Source: Eledone cirrhosa
Lineage: Eukaryota
Reading direction: 5' to 3'
DNA length: 64,000 bases
NCBI GenBank assembly: GCA_964016885.1
Contig: OZ024742.1
Location: 106,330,001-106,394,000, forward strand
Positions 38,037-50,500 of the stretch are shown one piece after another. Made by a program: the position numbers and the translations under genes. The notes beneath the pieces were generated by a model. That model was not told the DNA's origin and made no database searches. It was given only the letters and a program-made list of their open reading frames with translations. The first letter of the stretch is position 1; every line of letters begins with the position of its first letter.

Positions 38037-39177
38037 GATGTTGTTTATTGATACATGCTAGAACTAAAATGACTGAGAGATATAAAGAGCTTGGGTGAAA
38101 AAACACTAATTGTTGAAGATTAGATGCGCTCCAGACTGTAAAACCTCATTCAATTTTAATTTGATTTTAATCGATTTAGATATCGGGGACGTCTCTCTTG
38201 TTTTTCTTGGCAGCAATTATACATTAAGTTATTGTTGTTTGCTCCTTCTCATTACTATGGGTGTACTTTTAAGTGATTAACATTGGTGATGAGAGTGGGG
38301 TGCAATTACTATATTAGGTAGTTTAGCTCTGATTTTAATGTTAACATTGTCGTTAGTTTAACAGGTGTTAAACATTCTCAATACACTAAACAGCTTCAAA
38401 ACCGAGTTATTCGGTATATTTCTATGCTTAAAATATATAGTCTAGATCCTCCGTCGGTTTCGACTATGAACATTCATCTGTTTGAGCAACTAAACATCCG
38501 ACACGTTAAATTAACGAGTAAGTGACTGAGAATCCCACAGACATATGTACCATTAACGGAATACTCAGACAGAATCAGCATAACGTGGTGTTTGACAATG
38601 TTAGATCTTTACTTTACAGCTACAATCTATTCGGTGGGCTTCAGCACAGTTTCCGCCTGGAGATCATTAAAAGTGTATACTAGACATATGCTAGGGCCAA
38701 TTGAAGCAATTGTTAGCAGTGGATTGGTAAAATCGAGGAAAAGGCCTTGCAGTATTTAAGAGGTTATATGTTTATGGGGTCAACTTTGACTTTCGACTTC
38801 GTCAATGAAATAAAGTACCACTTCAGAGTGAGGGATTAAAGGAATTTGGTAGAGATTGTTGAACAACAGGCACTGCAATATTTAGTTAAAGTCATTTAGT
38901 TTATGAATTCGATAGTCGATGAATTAAACGGCGACTCAGTACAGAGGTCAGTTTTTAATTCTAAAATTCATATTCTGAAATGCATATGATGGAATTTATA
39001 ATAGAAGATTTTGATTGTTATCAGGTATTATATATCATTATGAATACGGTGGCTGTAGTATCCTGGGAGAGAGTAACAGTTGCTGAGTAGAAAAATAGAA
39101 CAGGCTCTTCCAACAAAAGAATTATTTAGGATTTTTCGAATTCCCTTCGAAAAAAAGAGATTTCATCGGTCTAATAG

Positions 39178-39350
39178 CGATTTCTAGTTCAGGTTCAAGG
39201 CCAGCAAATTTGGAGCAAGGTAAGGTTGAATTTATTTTATCGACCTCAGAAGGATGAAAGGCAAAGCTGATCTTAGCAGGATTTGAACTCATAATGTAAA
39301 AAAATAGCGCAATTTCATTTTATGCGACACTCTACCAATTATGCTTATCT
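39178..39350 (-). mobile_element. Diverged Meta-type SINE
   Basis: gatttctag..caaggccagcaaattt..ttatcgacctcagaaggatgaaaggcaaag..gatttgaactca. Confidence 0.7.
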
Positions 39351-39532
39351 ACCCATTGTGTTCGATCTAATTCCATACAAGATGAAACCTATTCAGTGCG
39401 AATGAAAGTGTGAATATCTCAGTTGGCCCATATAGAGTGTTCTTCATGTTTAGTTAGACGTCACTTCTGATAGATGGATATATATCTACTTATATATCTA
39501 ACTATCACTCTTTTTATCACCTTTTTCCATAT

Positions 39533-39575
<43 letters not shown>

Positions 39576-39691
39576 TCTCGGGTTCAATCGGGGGTAACCA
39601 GAATTAGTAGAGTGTAAACATCAAGTTTAATATAGAAATGGTTTCTACGGAAGCAGAATTGTTTCATTCAAAAGAAATCACCAGGAAAGAC

Positions 39692-39765
<74 letters not shown>

Positions 39766-39905
39766 CACATACATTCTTATGCTTAGTAATGACCGTGGCG
39801 GGAATGAGTACTCAAAAACCATAGTAACGATTAATATATTTTTTATCAAGACAAAGCTTGAGTCTTGTTATTCTGTATGTATGTGTATGTTTATGTATAT
39901 ATATA

Positions 39906-39933
39906 TGAAGAAGGGCTTATACCCGAAACGTCG
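39906..39933 (+). ncRNA. Minimal hammerhead ribozyme-like motif, 5' end replaced by (TA)n
   Basis: TGAAGA a GGG cttata CCC GAAA cg TC g. Confidence 0.6.
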
Positions 39934-40014
39934 TTCCCCCACCCCACTCTCAAGAGCGTGAACCTAATAAACCCTTATTTGTCTGCCTCTCTGTTTTGTT
40001 CCCGTCTAAATTTG

Positions 40015-40079
<65 letters not shown>

Positions 40080-40476
40080 TGTGTATGTGTGTGTTGTGTG
40101 TATGCACATGTGTGTTGTGTGTATGTAAGTGTGTATATATAAAACACACACACACACACATGTGTGTATGTATATATATATATGTGTGTGCCCGGCATAC
40201 ATTAGTAACGCACATCTTAGTGACATACACGCATCACAGCGCAAATACATACATAACTGTATGCACACGTGCAACACGTCACATACGCACGTCACATATA
40301 CACATCACATAGTCATTACATACATAATTACATACACACACATACCACACATTACATATACACATCACATCGCAAATACACACATAACAATATAGACTCC
40401 ATATAGAGCTCGGCTACAGACACACACAACCATACAATACTGATGGTTCTGTTAAATCACTTAAAATGTGTATCAT

Positions 40477-41890
40477 ACCACTACCACTACACCATCGCTC
40501 CCATCACCACCATTATACCACTTTCACCACCACTACCACCACCACCATCATCACTACATCTATCACCAGCGCCGCTACCACTACACCATCGCTCCCATCA
40601 CCGCCATTATACCACTTTCACCACCACTACCACCACCACCATCATCACTACATCTATCACCAGCGCCGCTACCACTACACCATCGCTCCCATCACCACCA
40701 TTATACCACTTTCACCACCACTACCACCACCACCATCATCACTACATCTATCACCAGCGCCGCTACCACTACACCATCGCTCCCATCACCGCCATTATAC
40801 CACTTTCACCACCACTACCACCACCACCATCATCACAACATCTATCACCAGCGCCACTACCGCTACACCATCGCTCCCATCACCGCCATTATACCACTTT
40901 CACCACCACCACCACCATCACTACATCTATCACCAGCGCCGCTATCACTACACCATCGCTCCCATCAACACCATTATACCACTTTCACCACCACCACCAC
41001 CACCATCATCACAACATCTATCACCAGCGCCGCTACCACTACACCATCGCTCCCATCACCACCATTATACCACTTTCACCACCACCACCACCACCACCAC
41101 CATCATCACAACATCTATCACCAGCGCCGCTACCACTACACCATCGCTCCCATCACCACCATTATACCACTCTCACCACCACTACCACCATCATCACTAT
41201 ATCTATCACCAACGCCGCTATCACTACACCATCGCTCCCATCACCACCATTATACCACTTTCACCACCACCACCATCATCACAACATCTATCACCAGCGC
41301 CGCTACCACTACACCATCGCTCCCATCACTACCATTATACCACTTTCACCACCACCACCACCATCATCACAACATCTATCACCAACGCCGCTACCACTAC
41401 ACCATCGCTCCCATCACCACCATTATACCACTTTCACCACCACCACCATCATCACAACATCTATCACCAGCGCCGCTACCACAACACCATCGCTCCCATC
41501 ACCACCATTATACCACTCTCATCACCACTACCACCATCATCACTATATCTATCACCAACGCCGCTATCACTACACCATCGCTCCCATCACCACCATTATA
41601 CCACTTTCACCACCACCACCATCATCACAACATCTATCACCAGCGCCGCTACCACTACACCATCGCTCCCATCACCACCATTATACCACTTTCACCACCA
41701 CCACCATCATCACTACATCTATCACCAACGCCGCTACCACTACACCATCGCTCCCATCACCACCATTATACCACTTTCACCACCACCACCATCATCACTA
41801 CATCTATCACCAACGCCGCTACCACTACACCATCACTCCCATCACCACCATTATACCACTTTCACCACCTCCACCATCATCACTACATGC
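40477..41890 (+). repeat. ~82-97-bp minisatellite (~16 copies) with variable internal (CAC)n
   Basis: ctaccactacaccatcgctcccatcaccaccattataccacttt(cac)n atcatcactacatctatcaccagcgccg; the first units have a 94-bp period (40481, 40575). Confidence 0.93.
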
Positions 41891-42277
41891 TCTCCAGCTT
41901 AACTATACCTACTACCACCTCGCTTCCAAACACTGTCAACCATTGTTATTAGCACAATACCCTCCCTCCATGGCCATAAACCACCGTCGTTGTCAGCAAC
42001 CGACCCACTGGTGACAATTATGTCACCTCCCCAACCACTGTCACTCTATGTGGTCGCTCGACCAGCTAGAAATAGCTGCCAGATCTCCTTCAAATCATAC
42101 TCTACCGTCTTAAGAAAGGGACACGTTCCGATGTGATATGATCCTGGGTTCCTTGTACATAAAACAAATGACAGGATGGTCCCGGCTTGGATGTCTATGA
42201 TCTTGGATATGTGCGATCAGGATTGATCCAACGGCACCATACATTATCACAGCTAGTAGACTAGCATCACTAAAATC

Positions 42278-42770
42278 ACCACCAACAGCAATAACAACAA
42301 CACCAACACCAACACCACCAACCATACCACCAACAACAACAACACCAACACCAACACCAACAATACCACCACCAACAACAACAACAACAACACCAACACC
42401 ACCAACAATACCACCAACACCAACACCAACACCACCAACAATACCACCAACAGCAACAACACCAACACCACTAACAATACCACCACCAACACCAACAACA
42501 ATAACAACAACACCAACACCAACACCACCAACAATACCACCAACACCAACAACGATAACAACAACACCAACACCAACACCACCAACAATACCACCAACAG
42601 CAATAACAACAACACCACCAACACCAACAACAATAACAACAACACCAACACCAACACCAACAACAATAACAACAACACCAACACCAACACCACCAACAAC
42701 ACCACCAACAGCAACAACAAAAGCAACAGTACCAACAACATCATCAACACCACCAACAACAACGACATCG
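42278..42770 (+). repeat. (AAC)/(ACC) low-complexity array
   Basis: Direct reading; similar arrays at 43140-43480 and 44095-44410. Confidence 0.88.
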
Positions 42771-42892
42771 CTACCTAAAACGATACCACCCGTCCGTTTC
42801 ATCAGTTGGTTGGCTAACAAAGCATGAGACACACCACGGGGTAGCTTGTGGTGATGGCGGTGAGGGTGGCGGTGGCCCAGCAGGCTCATAGT

Positions 42893-43080
42893 GTTGATTG
42901 GCAGTATCGGTAAAGGGTCGGGCGCCATGCTTTGAAGCATAGAGTTTCCTCCCTTTATGATCTGAGTTCAAATCCCGCCGAGGTTAACTTTGCCTTTCAT
43001 CCTTACGAGGTCGATAAAATAAAGTACCAGCAATACACTGAGTAATTGCTGGCCTTGTGCCAAACATAGAAACAATTATT
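42893..43080 (+). mobile_element. Meta-type SINE
   Basis: gattggcagtatcggta...gagttcaaatcccgccgaggttaactttgcctttcatccttacgaggtcgataaaataaagtaccag...tagaaacaattatt. Confidence 0.87.
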
Positions 43081-43664
43081 TCTATGTAAACAACACAGCA
43101 CTTAGTTTTTGATGGTTTCATTACGAGCATTCCTTCCCCCCCCCCCAACAACCCGCTCCATCACCACCACCAACACCACCAACACCACCACTACCCCCAC
43201 CACAACCACCAACACCTCCAACACCACCACTACCCTCTCCACTACCCCCACCATACCCACCACCGCCACCACCACAGCCACTATCATCAGTGCCGCCACA
43301 ACCATTACCACCAACACCACAACCACCAACACCACTACTACTACATCCACCACCATGACACCCACCAACGCCACCACCACTACCACTAACACCTCCACCA
43401 CTACCACTAACACCTCCACCACTACCACACCTGCTTTGGCTCCAAATACCACTAGCATACAACAACAGCTACAACAACAACGTCAGAATAACACTTAAGT
43501 CTGATGACTTCATTACTAATACCTCTCTCTTCCATCATCTCATGCATCTCACTCTTGCTTTCTCCCCATTGTGGCTTAGCAACAAAAACAACAGTAACGA
43601 CAGTAACAACAGCAAGTATAATAACAACAACAACAACAACAGCAACAACAACAACAGTAATAAC

Positions 43665-44090
43665 GGTTTCTAGTATAGGCACATGGCGAGTAATTTGAGG
43701 GGAGGAGAAAGTCGATTAAATCGACCTCAGTACGTGACTGGTACTTTATTTTATCGACCCCGTAAGGATGAAAGGCAAAGTTAACCTCGGCAGGATTTGA
43801 ACTCAGATCATAAAGGGACGTAACTCTATGTGTCAAAGCATGGCGTCCGACCCTCTACCGATACTGCCAATCCACCACCCTCATAACAACAACTATAATA
43901 ATTGTTTCTATTTTTGGCAGAAGGCCAGCAATTATTGCAGTGTATTACTGGTACTTTATTTTATCGACCCCGTAAGGATGAAAGGCAAAGTTAACCACGG
44001 CGGGATTTGAACACAGAATAGTAAGGGCCGTAACTCTATGTGTCAAAGCATGGCGTCCGACCCTCTACCGATACTGCCAATCCACCTCCC
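43665..44090 (-). mobile_element. Two tandem Meta-type SINEs (43665-43878, 43903-44090)
   Basis: Same family as 5376-5772, separated by (AAC/AAT)n. Confidence 0.87.
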
Positions 44091-44584
44091 TTTAACAACA
44101 ATAACAACCAAAGTGACAACAATAACTACAATGACATCAAAAACAACAACAACGGCAACATCAACAACAAAAACGACAATAACAGTAATAACAACAGCCG
44201 TAACAACAACAATAACAACCAAAGTGTCATCAAAAACAACAACAGCGGTAACATCAACAACAACAACAGCAAGAACAACAACAACAATAACAACAGCAGC
44301 AGCGACAACATTGACAATAAAAACAACAGTGACAACAACGATAGTAACAACTACAGCAGCAGCAGCAACAACAACAACAACGGTGAGAACAACGATAGTA
44401 ACAGAAACATCATTAAGAAGAACATGGGTGTGATTCGCCACAAATGTCTGTCAGGTGTGAGAATTAGGGAAGCTGCCAAACTCTTCTTCACTCTTTACAC
44501 CAATTTCTAAAGGGCGGTTGTCGTCTCGTTTTGGGTTATTTTGCGGGGGTTTGTGTCCGGGTGCTTTCCTTATTCGTTGTGGGT

Positions 44585-47500
44585 GCGTCTGTGTACGTAG
44601 GGGGGTGGGGCTGTGGGGTGTCTGTAAGTGAATGTACGTAGGGTGATGGGGCAGTGGGGTGTCTGTAAGTCAGTGTACGTAGGGTGATGGGGCAGTGGGG
44701 TGTCTGTAAGTCACTGTACGTAGGGTGATGGGGCAGTGGGGTGTCTGTAAGTCAGTGTACGTAGGGGGATGGGGCAGTGGGGTGTCTGTAAGTCAGTGTA
44801 AGTAGGGGGATGGGGCAGTGGGGTGTCTGCAAGTCAGTGTAAGTAGGGTGATGGGGCAGTAGGGTGTCTGTAAGTGAGTGTACGTAGGGGGATGGGGCAG
44901 TGGGGTGTCTGTAAGTCAGTGTAAGTAGGGTGATGGGGCAGTGGGGTGTCTGTAAGTCAGTGTACGTAGGGTGATGGGGCAGTGGGGTGTCTCTAAGTCA
45001 GTGTACGTAGGGGGATGGGGCAGTGAGGTGTCTGTAAGTCAGTGTACGTAGGGTGTTGGGGCAGTGGGGTGTCTCTAAGTCAGTGTACGTAGGGGGATGG
45101 GGCAGTGAGGTGTATGTAAGTCAGTGTACGTAGGGTGATGGGGCAGTGGGGTGTCTGTAAATCAGTGTACGTAGGGGGATGGGGCAGTGGGGTGTCTGTA
45201 AGTCAGTGTAAGTAGGGTGATGGGGCAGTGGGGTGTCTGTAAGTCAGTGTACGTAGGGGGATGGGGCAGTGGTGTGTCTGTAAGTCAGTGTACGTAGGGG
45301 GATGGGGCAGTGGGGTGTCTGTAAGTCAGTGTACGTAGGGTGTTGGGGCAGTGGGGTGTCTGTAAGTCAGTGTAAGTAGGGTGATGGGGCAGTGGGGTGT
45401 CTGTAAGTCAGTGTACGTAGGGGGATGGGGCAGTGGTGTGTCTGTAAGTCAGTGTACGTAGGGGGATGGGGCAGTGGGGTGTCTGTAAGTCAGTGTACGT
45501 AGGGTGATGGGGCAGTGGGGTGTCTGTAAGTCAGTGTACGTAGGGGGATGGGGCAGTGGGGTGTCTGTAAGTGAGTGTACGTAGGGGGATGGGGCAGTGG
45601 GGTGTCTGTAAGTCAGTGTACGTAGGGGGATGGGGCAGTGGGGTGTCTGTAAGTCAGTGTACGTAGGGGGATGGGGCAGTGGGGTGTCTGTAAGTCAGTG
45701 TACGTAGGGGGATGGGGCAGTGGGGTGTCTGTAAGTCAGTGTAAGTAGGGTGATGGGGCAGTGGGGTGTCTGTAAGTCAGTGTACGTAGGGTGATGGGGC
45801 AGTGGGGTGTCTGTAAGTCAGTGTACGTAGGGGGATGGGGCAGTGGGGTGTCTGTAAGTGAGTGTACGTAGGGTGATGGGGCAGTGGGGTGTCTGTAAGT
45901 CAGTGTACGTAGGGGGATGGGGCAGTGGGGTGTCTGTAAGTCAGTGTAAGTAGGGTGATGGGGCAGTGGGGTGTCTGTAAGTCAGTGTTCGTAGGGGGAT
46001 GGGGCAGTGGGGTGTCTGTAAGTCAGTGTTCGTAGGGGGATGGGGCAGTGGGGTTTCTGTAAGTCAGTGTACGTAGGGTGATGGGGCAGTGGTGTGTCTG
46101 TAAGTCAGTGTTCGTAGGGGGATGGGGCAGTGGGGTGTCTGTAAGTCAGTGTACGTAGGGGGATGGGGCAGTGGGGTGTCTGTAAGTCAGTGTACGTAGG
46201 GTGATGGGGCAGTGGGGTGTCTGTAAGTCAGTGTAAGTAGGGTGATGGGGCAGTGGGGTGTCTGTAAGTCAGTGTAAGTAGGGGGATGGGGCAGTGGGGT
46301 GTCTGTAAGTCAGTGTAAGTAGGGTGATGGGGCAGTGGGGTGTCTGTAAGTCAGTGTAAGTAGGGTGATGGGGCAGTGGGGTGTCTGTAAGTCAGTGTAC
46401 GTAGGGGGATGGGGCAGTGGGGTGTCTGTAAGTCAGTGTACGTAGGGGGATGGGGCAGTGGGGTGTCTGTAAGTCAGTGTAAGTAGGGTGATGGGGCAGT
46501 GGGGTGTCTGTAAGTCAGTGTACGTAGGGGGATGGGGCAGTGGGGTGTCTGTAAGTCAGTGTACGTAGGGGGATGGGGCAGTGGGGTGTCTGTAAGTCAG
46601 TGTACGTAGGGGGATGGGGCAGTGGGGTGTCTGTAAGTCAGTGTAAGTAGGGGGATGGGGCAGTGGGGTGTCTGTAAGTCAGTGTACGTAGGGGGATGGG
46701 GCAGTGGGGTGTCTGTAAGTCAGTGTACGTAGGGGGATGGGGCAGTGGGGTGTCTGTAAGTCAGTGTACGTAGGGGGATGGGGCAGTGGGGTGTCTGTAA
46801 GTCAGTGTACGTAGGGGGATGGGGCAGTGGGGTGTCTGTAAGTCAGTGTACGTAGGGGGATGGGGCAGTGGGGTGTCTGTAAGTCAGTGTAAGTAGGGTG
46901 ATGGGGCAGTGGGGTGTCTGTAAGTCAGTGTACGTAGGGGGATGGGGCAGTGGGGTGTCTGTAAGTCAGTGTACGTAGGGTGATGGGGCAGTGGGGTGTC
47001 TGTAAGTCAGTGTACGTAGGGGGATGGGGCAGTGGGGTGTCTGTAAGTCAGTGTACGTAGGGTGATGGGGCAGTGGGGTGTCTGTAAGTCAGTGTACGTA
47101 GGGTGATGGGGCAGTGGGGTGTCTGTAAGTCAGTGTAAGTAGGGTGATGGGGCAGTGGGGTGTCTGTAAGTCAGTGTAAGTAGGGTGATGGGGCAGTGGG
47201 GTGTCTGTAAGTCAGTGTACGTAGGGGGATGGGGCAGTGGGGTGTCTGTAAGTCAGTGTACGTAGGGTGATGGGGCAGTGGGGTGTCTGTAAGTCAGTGT
47301 AAGTAGGGTGATGGGGCAGTGGGGTGTCTGTAAGTCAGTGTAAGTAGGGTGATGGGGCAGTGGGGTGTCTGTAAGTCAGTGTACGTAGGGGGATGGGGCA
47401 GTGGGGTGTCTGTAAGTCAGTGTACGTAGGGTGATGGGGCAGTGGGGTGTCTGTAAGTCAGTGTAAGTAGGGTGATGGGGCAGTGGGGTGTCTGTAAGTC

Positions 47501-50500
47501 AGTGTAAGTAGGGTGATGGGGCAGTGGGGTGTCTGTAAGTCAGTGTACGTAGGGGGATGGGGCAGTGGGGTGTCTGTAAGTCAGTGTAAGTAGGGGGATG
47601 GGGCAGTGGGGTGTCTGCAAGTCAGTGTAAGTAGGGTGATGGGGCAGTAGGGTGTCTGTAAGTGAGTGTACGTAGGGGGATGGGGCAGTGGGGTGTCTGT
47701 AAGTCAGTGTAAGTAGGGTGATGGGGCAGTGGGGTGTCTGTAAGTCAGTGTACGTAGGGTGATGGGGCAGTGGGGTGTCTCTAAGTCAGTGTACGTAGGG
47801 GGATGGGGCAGTGAGGTGTCTGTAAGTCAGTGTACGTAGGGTGTTGGGGCAGTGGGGTGTCTCTAAGTCAGTGTACGTAGGGGGATGGGGCAGTGAGGTG
47901 TATGTAAGTCAGTGTACGTAGGGTGATGGGGCAGTGGGGTGTCTGTAAATCAGTGTACGTAGGGGGATGGGGCAGTGGGGTGTCTGTAAGTCAGTGTAAG
48001 TAGGGTGATGGGGCAGTGGGGTGTCTGTAAGTCAGTGTACGTAGGGGGATGGGGCAGTGGTGTGTCTGTAAGTCAGTGTACGTAGGGGGATGGGGCAGTG
48101 GGGTGTCTGTAAGTCAGTGTACGTAGGGTGTTGGGGCAGTGGGGTGTCTGTAAGTCAGTGTAAGTAGGGTGATGGGGCAGTGGGGTGTCTGTAAGTCAGT
48201 GTACGTAGGGGGATGGGGCAGTGGTGTGTCTGTAAGTCAGTGTACGTAGGGGGATGGGGCAGTGGGGTGTCTGTAAGTGAGTGTACGTAGGGGGATGGGG
48301 CAGTGGGGTGTCTGTAAGTCAGTGTACGTAGGGGGATGGGGCAGTGGGGTGTCTGTAAGTCAGTGTACGTAGGGGGATGGGGCAGTGGGGTGTCTGTAAG
48401 TCAGTGTACGTAGGGGGATGGGGCAGTGGGGTGTCTGTAAGTCAGTGTAAGTAGGGTGATGGGGCAGTGGGGTGTCTGTAAGTCAGTGTACGTAGGGTGA
48501 TGGGGCAGTGGGGTGTCTGTAAGTCAGTGTACGTAGGGGGATGGGGCAGTGGGGTGTCTGTAAGTGAGTGTACGTAGGGTGATGGGGCAGTGGGGTGACT
48601 GTAAGTCAGTGTACGTAGGGGGATGGGGCAGTGGGGTGTCTGTAAGTCAGTGTAAGTAGGGGGATGGGGCAGTGGGGTGTCTGTAAGTCAGTGTAAGTAG
48701 GGTGATGGGGCAGTGGGGTGTCTGTAAGTCAGTGTAAGTAGGGTGATGGGGCAGTGGGGTGTCTGTAAGTCAGTGTACGTAGGGGGATGGGGCAGTGGGG
48801 TGTCTGTAAGTCAGTGTACGTAGGGGGATGGGGCAGTGGGGTGTCTGTAAGTCAGTGTAAGTAGGGTGATGGGGCAGTGGGGTGTCTGTAAGTCAGTGTA
48901 CGTAGGGGGATGGGGCAGTGGGGTGTCTGTAAGTCAGTGTACGTAGGGGGATGGGGCAGTGGGGTGTCTGTAAGTCAGTGTACGTAGGGGGATGGGGCAG
49001 TGGGGTGTCTGTAAGTCAGTGTAAGTAGGGGGATGGGGCAGTGGGGTGTCTGTAAGTCAGTGTACGTAGGGGGATGGGGCAGTGGGGTGTCTGTAAGTCA
49101 GTGTACGTAGGGGGATGGGGCAGTGGGGTGTCTGTAAGTCAGTGTACGTAGGGGGATGGGGCAGTGGGGTGTCTGTAAGTCAGTGTACGTAGGGGGATGG
49201 GGCAGTGGGGTGTCTGTAAGTCAGTGTACGTAGGGGGATGGGGCAGTGGGGTGTCTGTAAGTCAGTGTAAGTAGGGTGATGGGGCAGTGGGGTGTCTGTA
49301 AGTCAGTGTACGTAGGGGGATGGGGCAGTGGGGTGTCTGTAAGTCAGTGTACGTAGGGTGATGGGGCAGTGGGGTGTCTGTAAGTCAGTGTACGTAGGGG
49401 GATGGGGCAGTGGGGTGTCTGTAAGTCAGTGTACGTAGGGTGATGGGGCAGTGGGGTGTCTGTAAGTCAGTGTACGTAGGGTGATGGGGCAGTGGGGTGT
49501 CTGTAAGTCAGTGTAAGTAGGGTGATGGGGCAGTGGGGTGTCTGTAAGTCAGTGTAAGTAGGGTGACGGGGCAGTGGGGTGTCTGTAAGTCAGTGTACGT
49601 AGGGGGATGGGGCAGTGGGGTGTCTGTAAGTCAGTGTACGTAGGGTGATGGGGCAGTGGGGTGTCTGTAAGTCAGTGTAAGTAGGGTGATGGGGCAGTGG
49701 GGTGTCTGTAAGTCAGTGTAAGTAGGGTGATGGGGCAGTGGGGTGTCTGTAAGTCAGTGTACGTAGGGGGATGGGGCAGTGGGGTGTCTGTAAGTCAGTG
49801 TACGTAGGGTGATGGGGCAGTGGGGTGTCTGTAAGTCAGTGTAAGTAGGGTGATGGGGCAGTGGGGTGTCTGTAAGTCAGTGTAAGTAGGGTGATGGGGC
49901 AGTGGGGTGTCTGTAAGTCAGTGTACGTAGGGGGATGGGGCAGTGGGGTGTCTGTAAGTCAGTGTACGTAGGGTGATGGGGCAGTGGGGTGTCTGTAAGT
50001 CAGTGTAAGTAGGGTGATGGGGCAGTGGGGTGTCTGTAAGTCAGTGTAAGTAGGGTGATGGGGCAGTGGGGTGTCTGTAAGTCAGTGTACGTAGGGGGAT
50101 GGGGCAGTGGGGTGTCTGTAAGTCAGTGTACGTAGGGTGATGGGGCAGTGGGGTGTCTGTAAGTCAGTGTAAGTAGGGTGATGGGGCAGTGGGGTGTCTG
50201 TAAGTCAGTGTAAGTAGGGTGATGGGGCAGTGGGGTGTCTGTAAGTCAGTGTAAGTAGGGTGATGGGGCAGTGGGGTGTCTGTAAGTCAGTGTAAGTAGG
50301 GTGATGGGGCAGTGGGGTGTCTGTAAGTCAGTGTAAGTAGGGTGATGGGGCAGTGGGGTGTCTGTAAGTCAGTGTAAGTAGGGTGATGGGGCAGTGGGGT
50401 GTCTGTAAGTCAGTGTACGTAGGGGGATGGGGCAGTGGGGTGTCTGTAAGTCAGTGTACGTAGGGGGATGGGGCAGTGGGGTGTCTGTAAGTCAGTGTAC

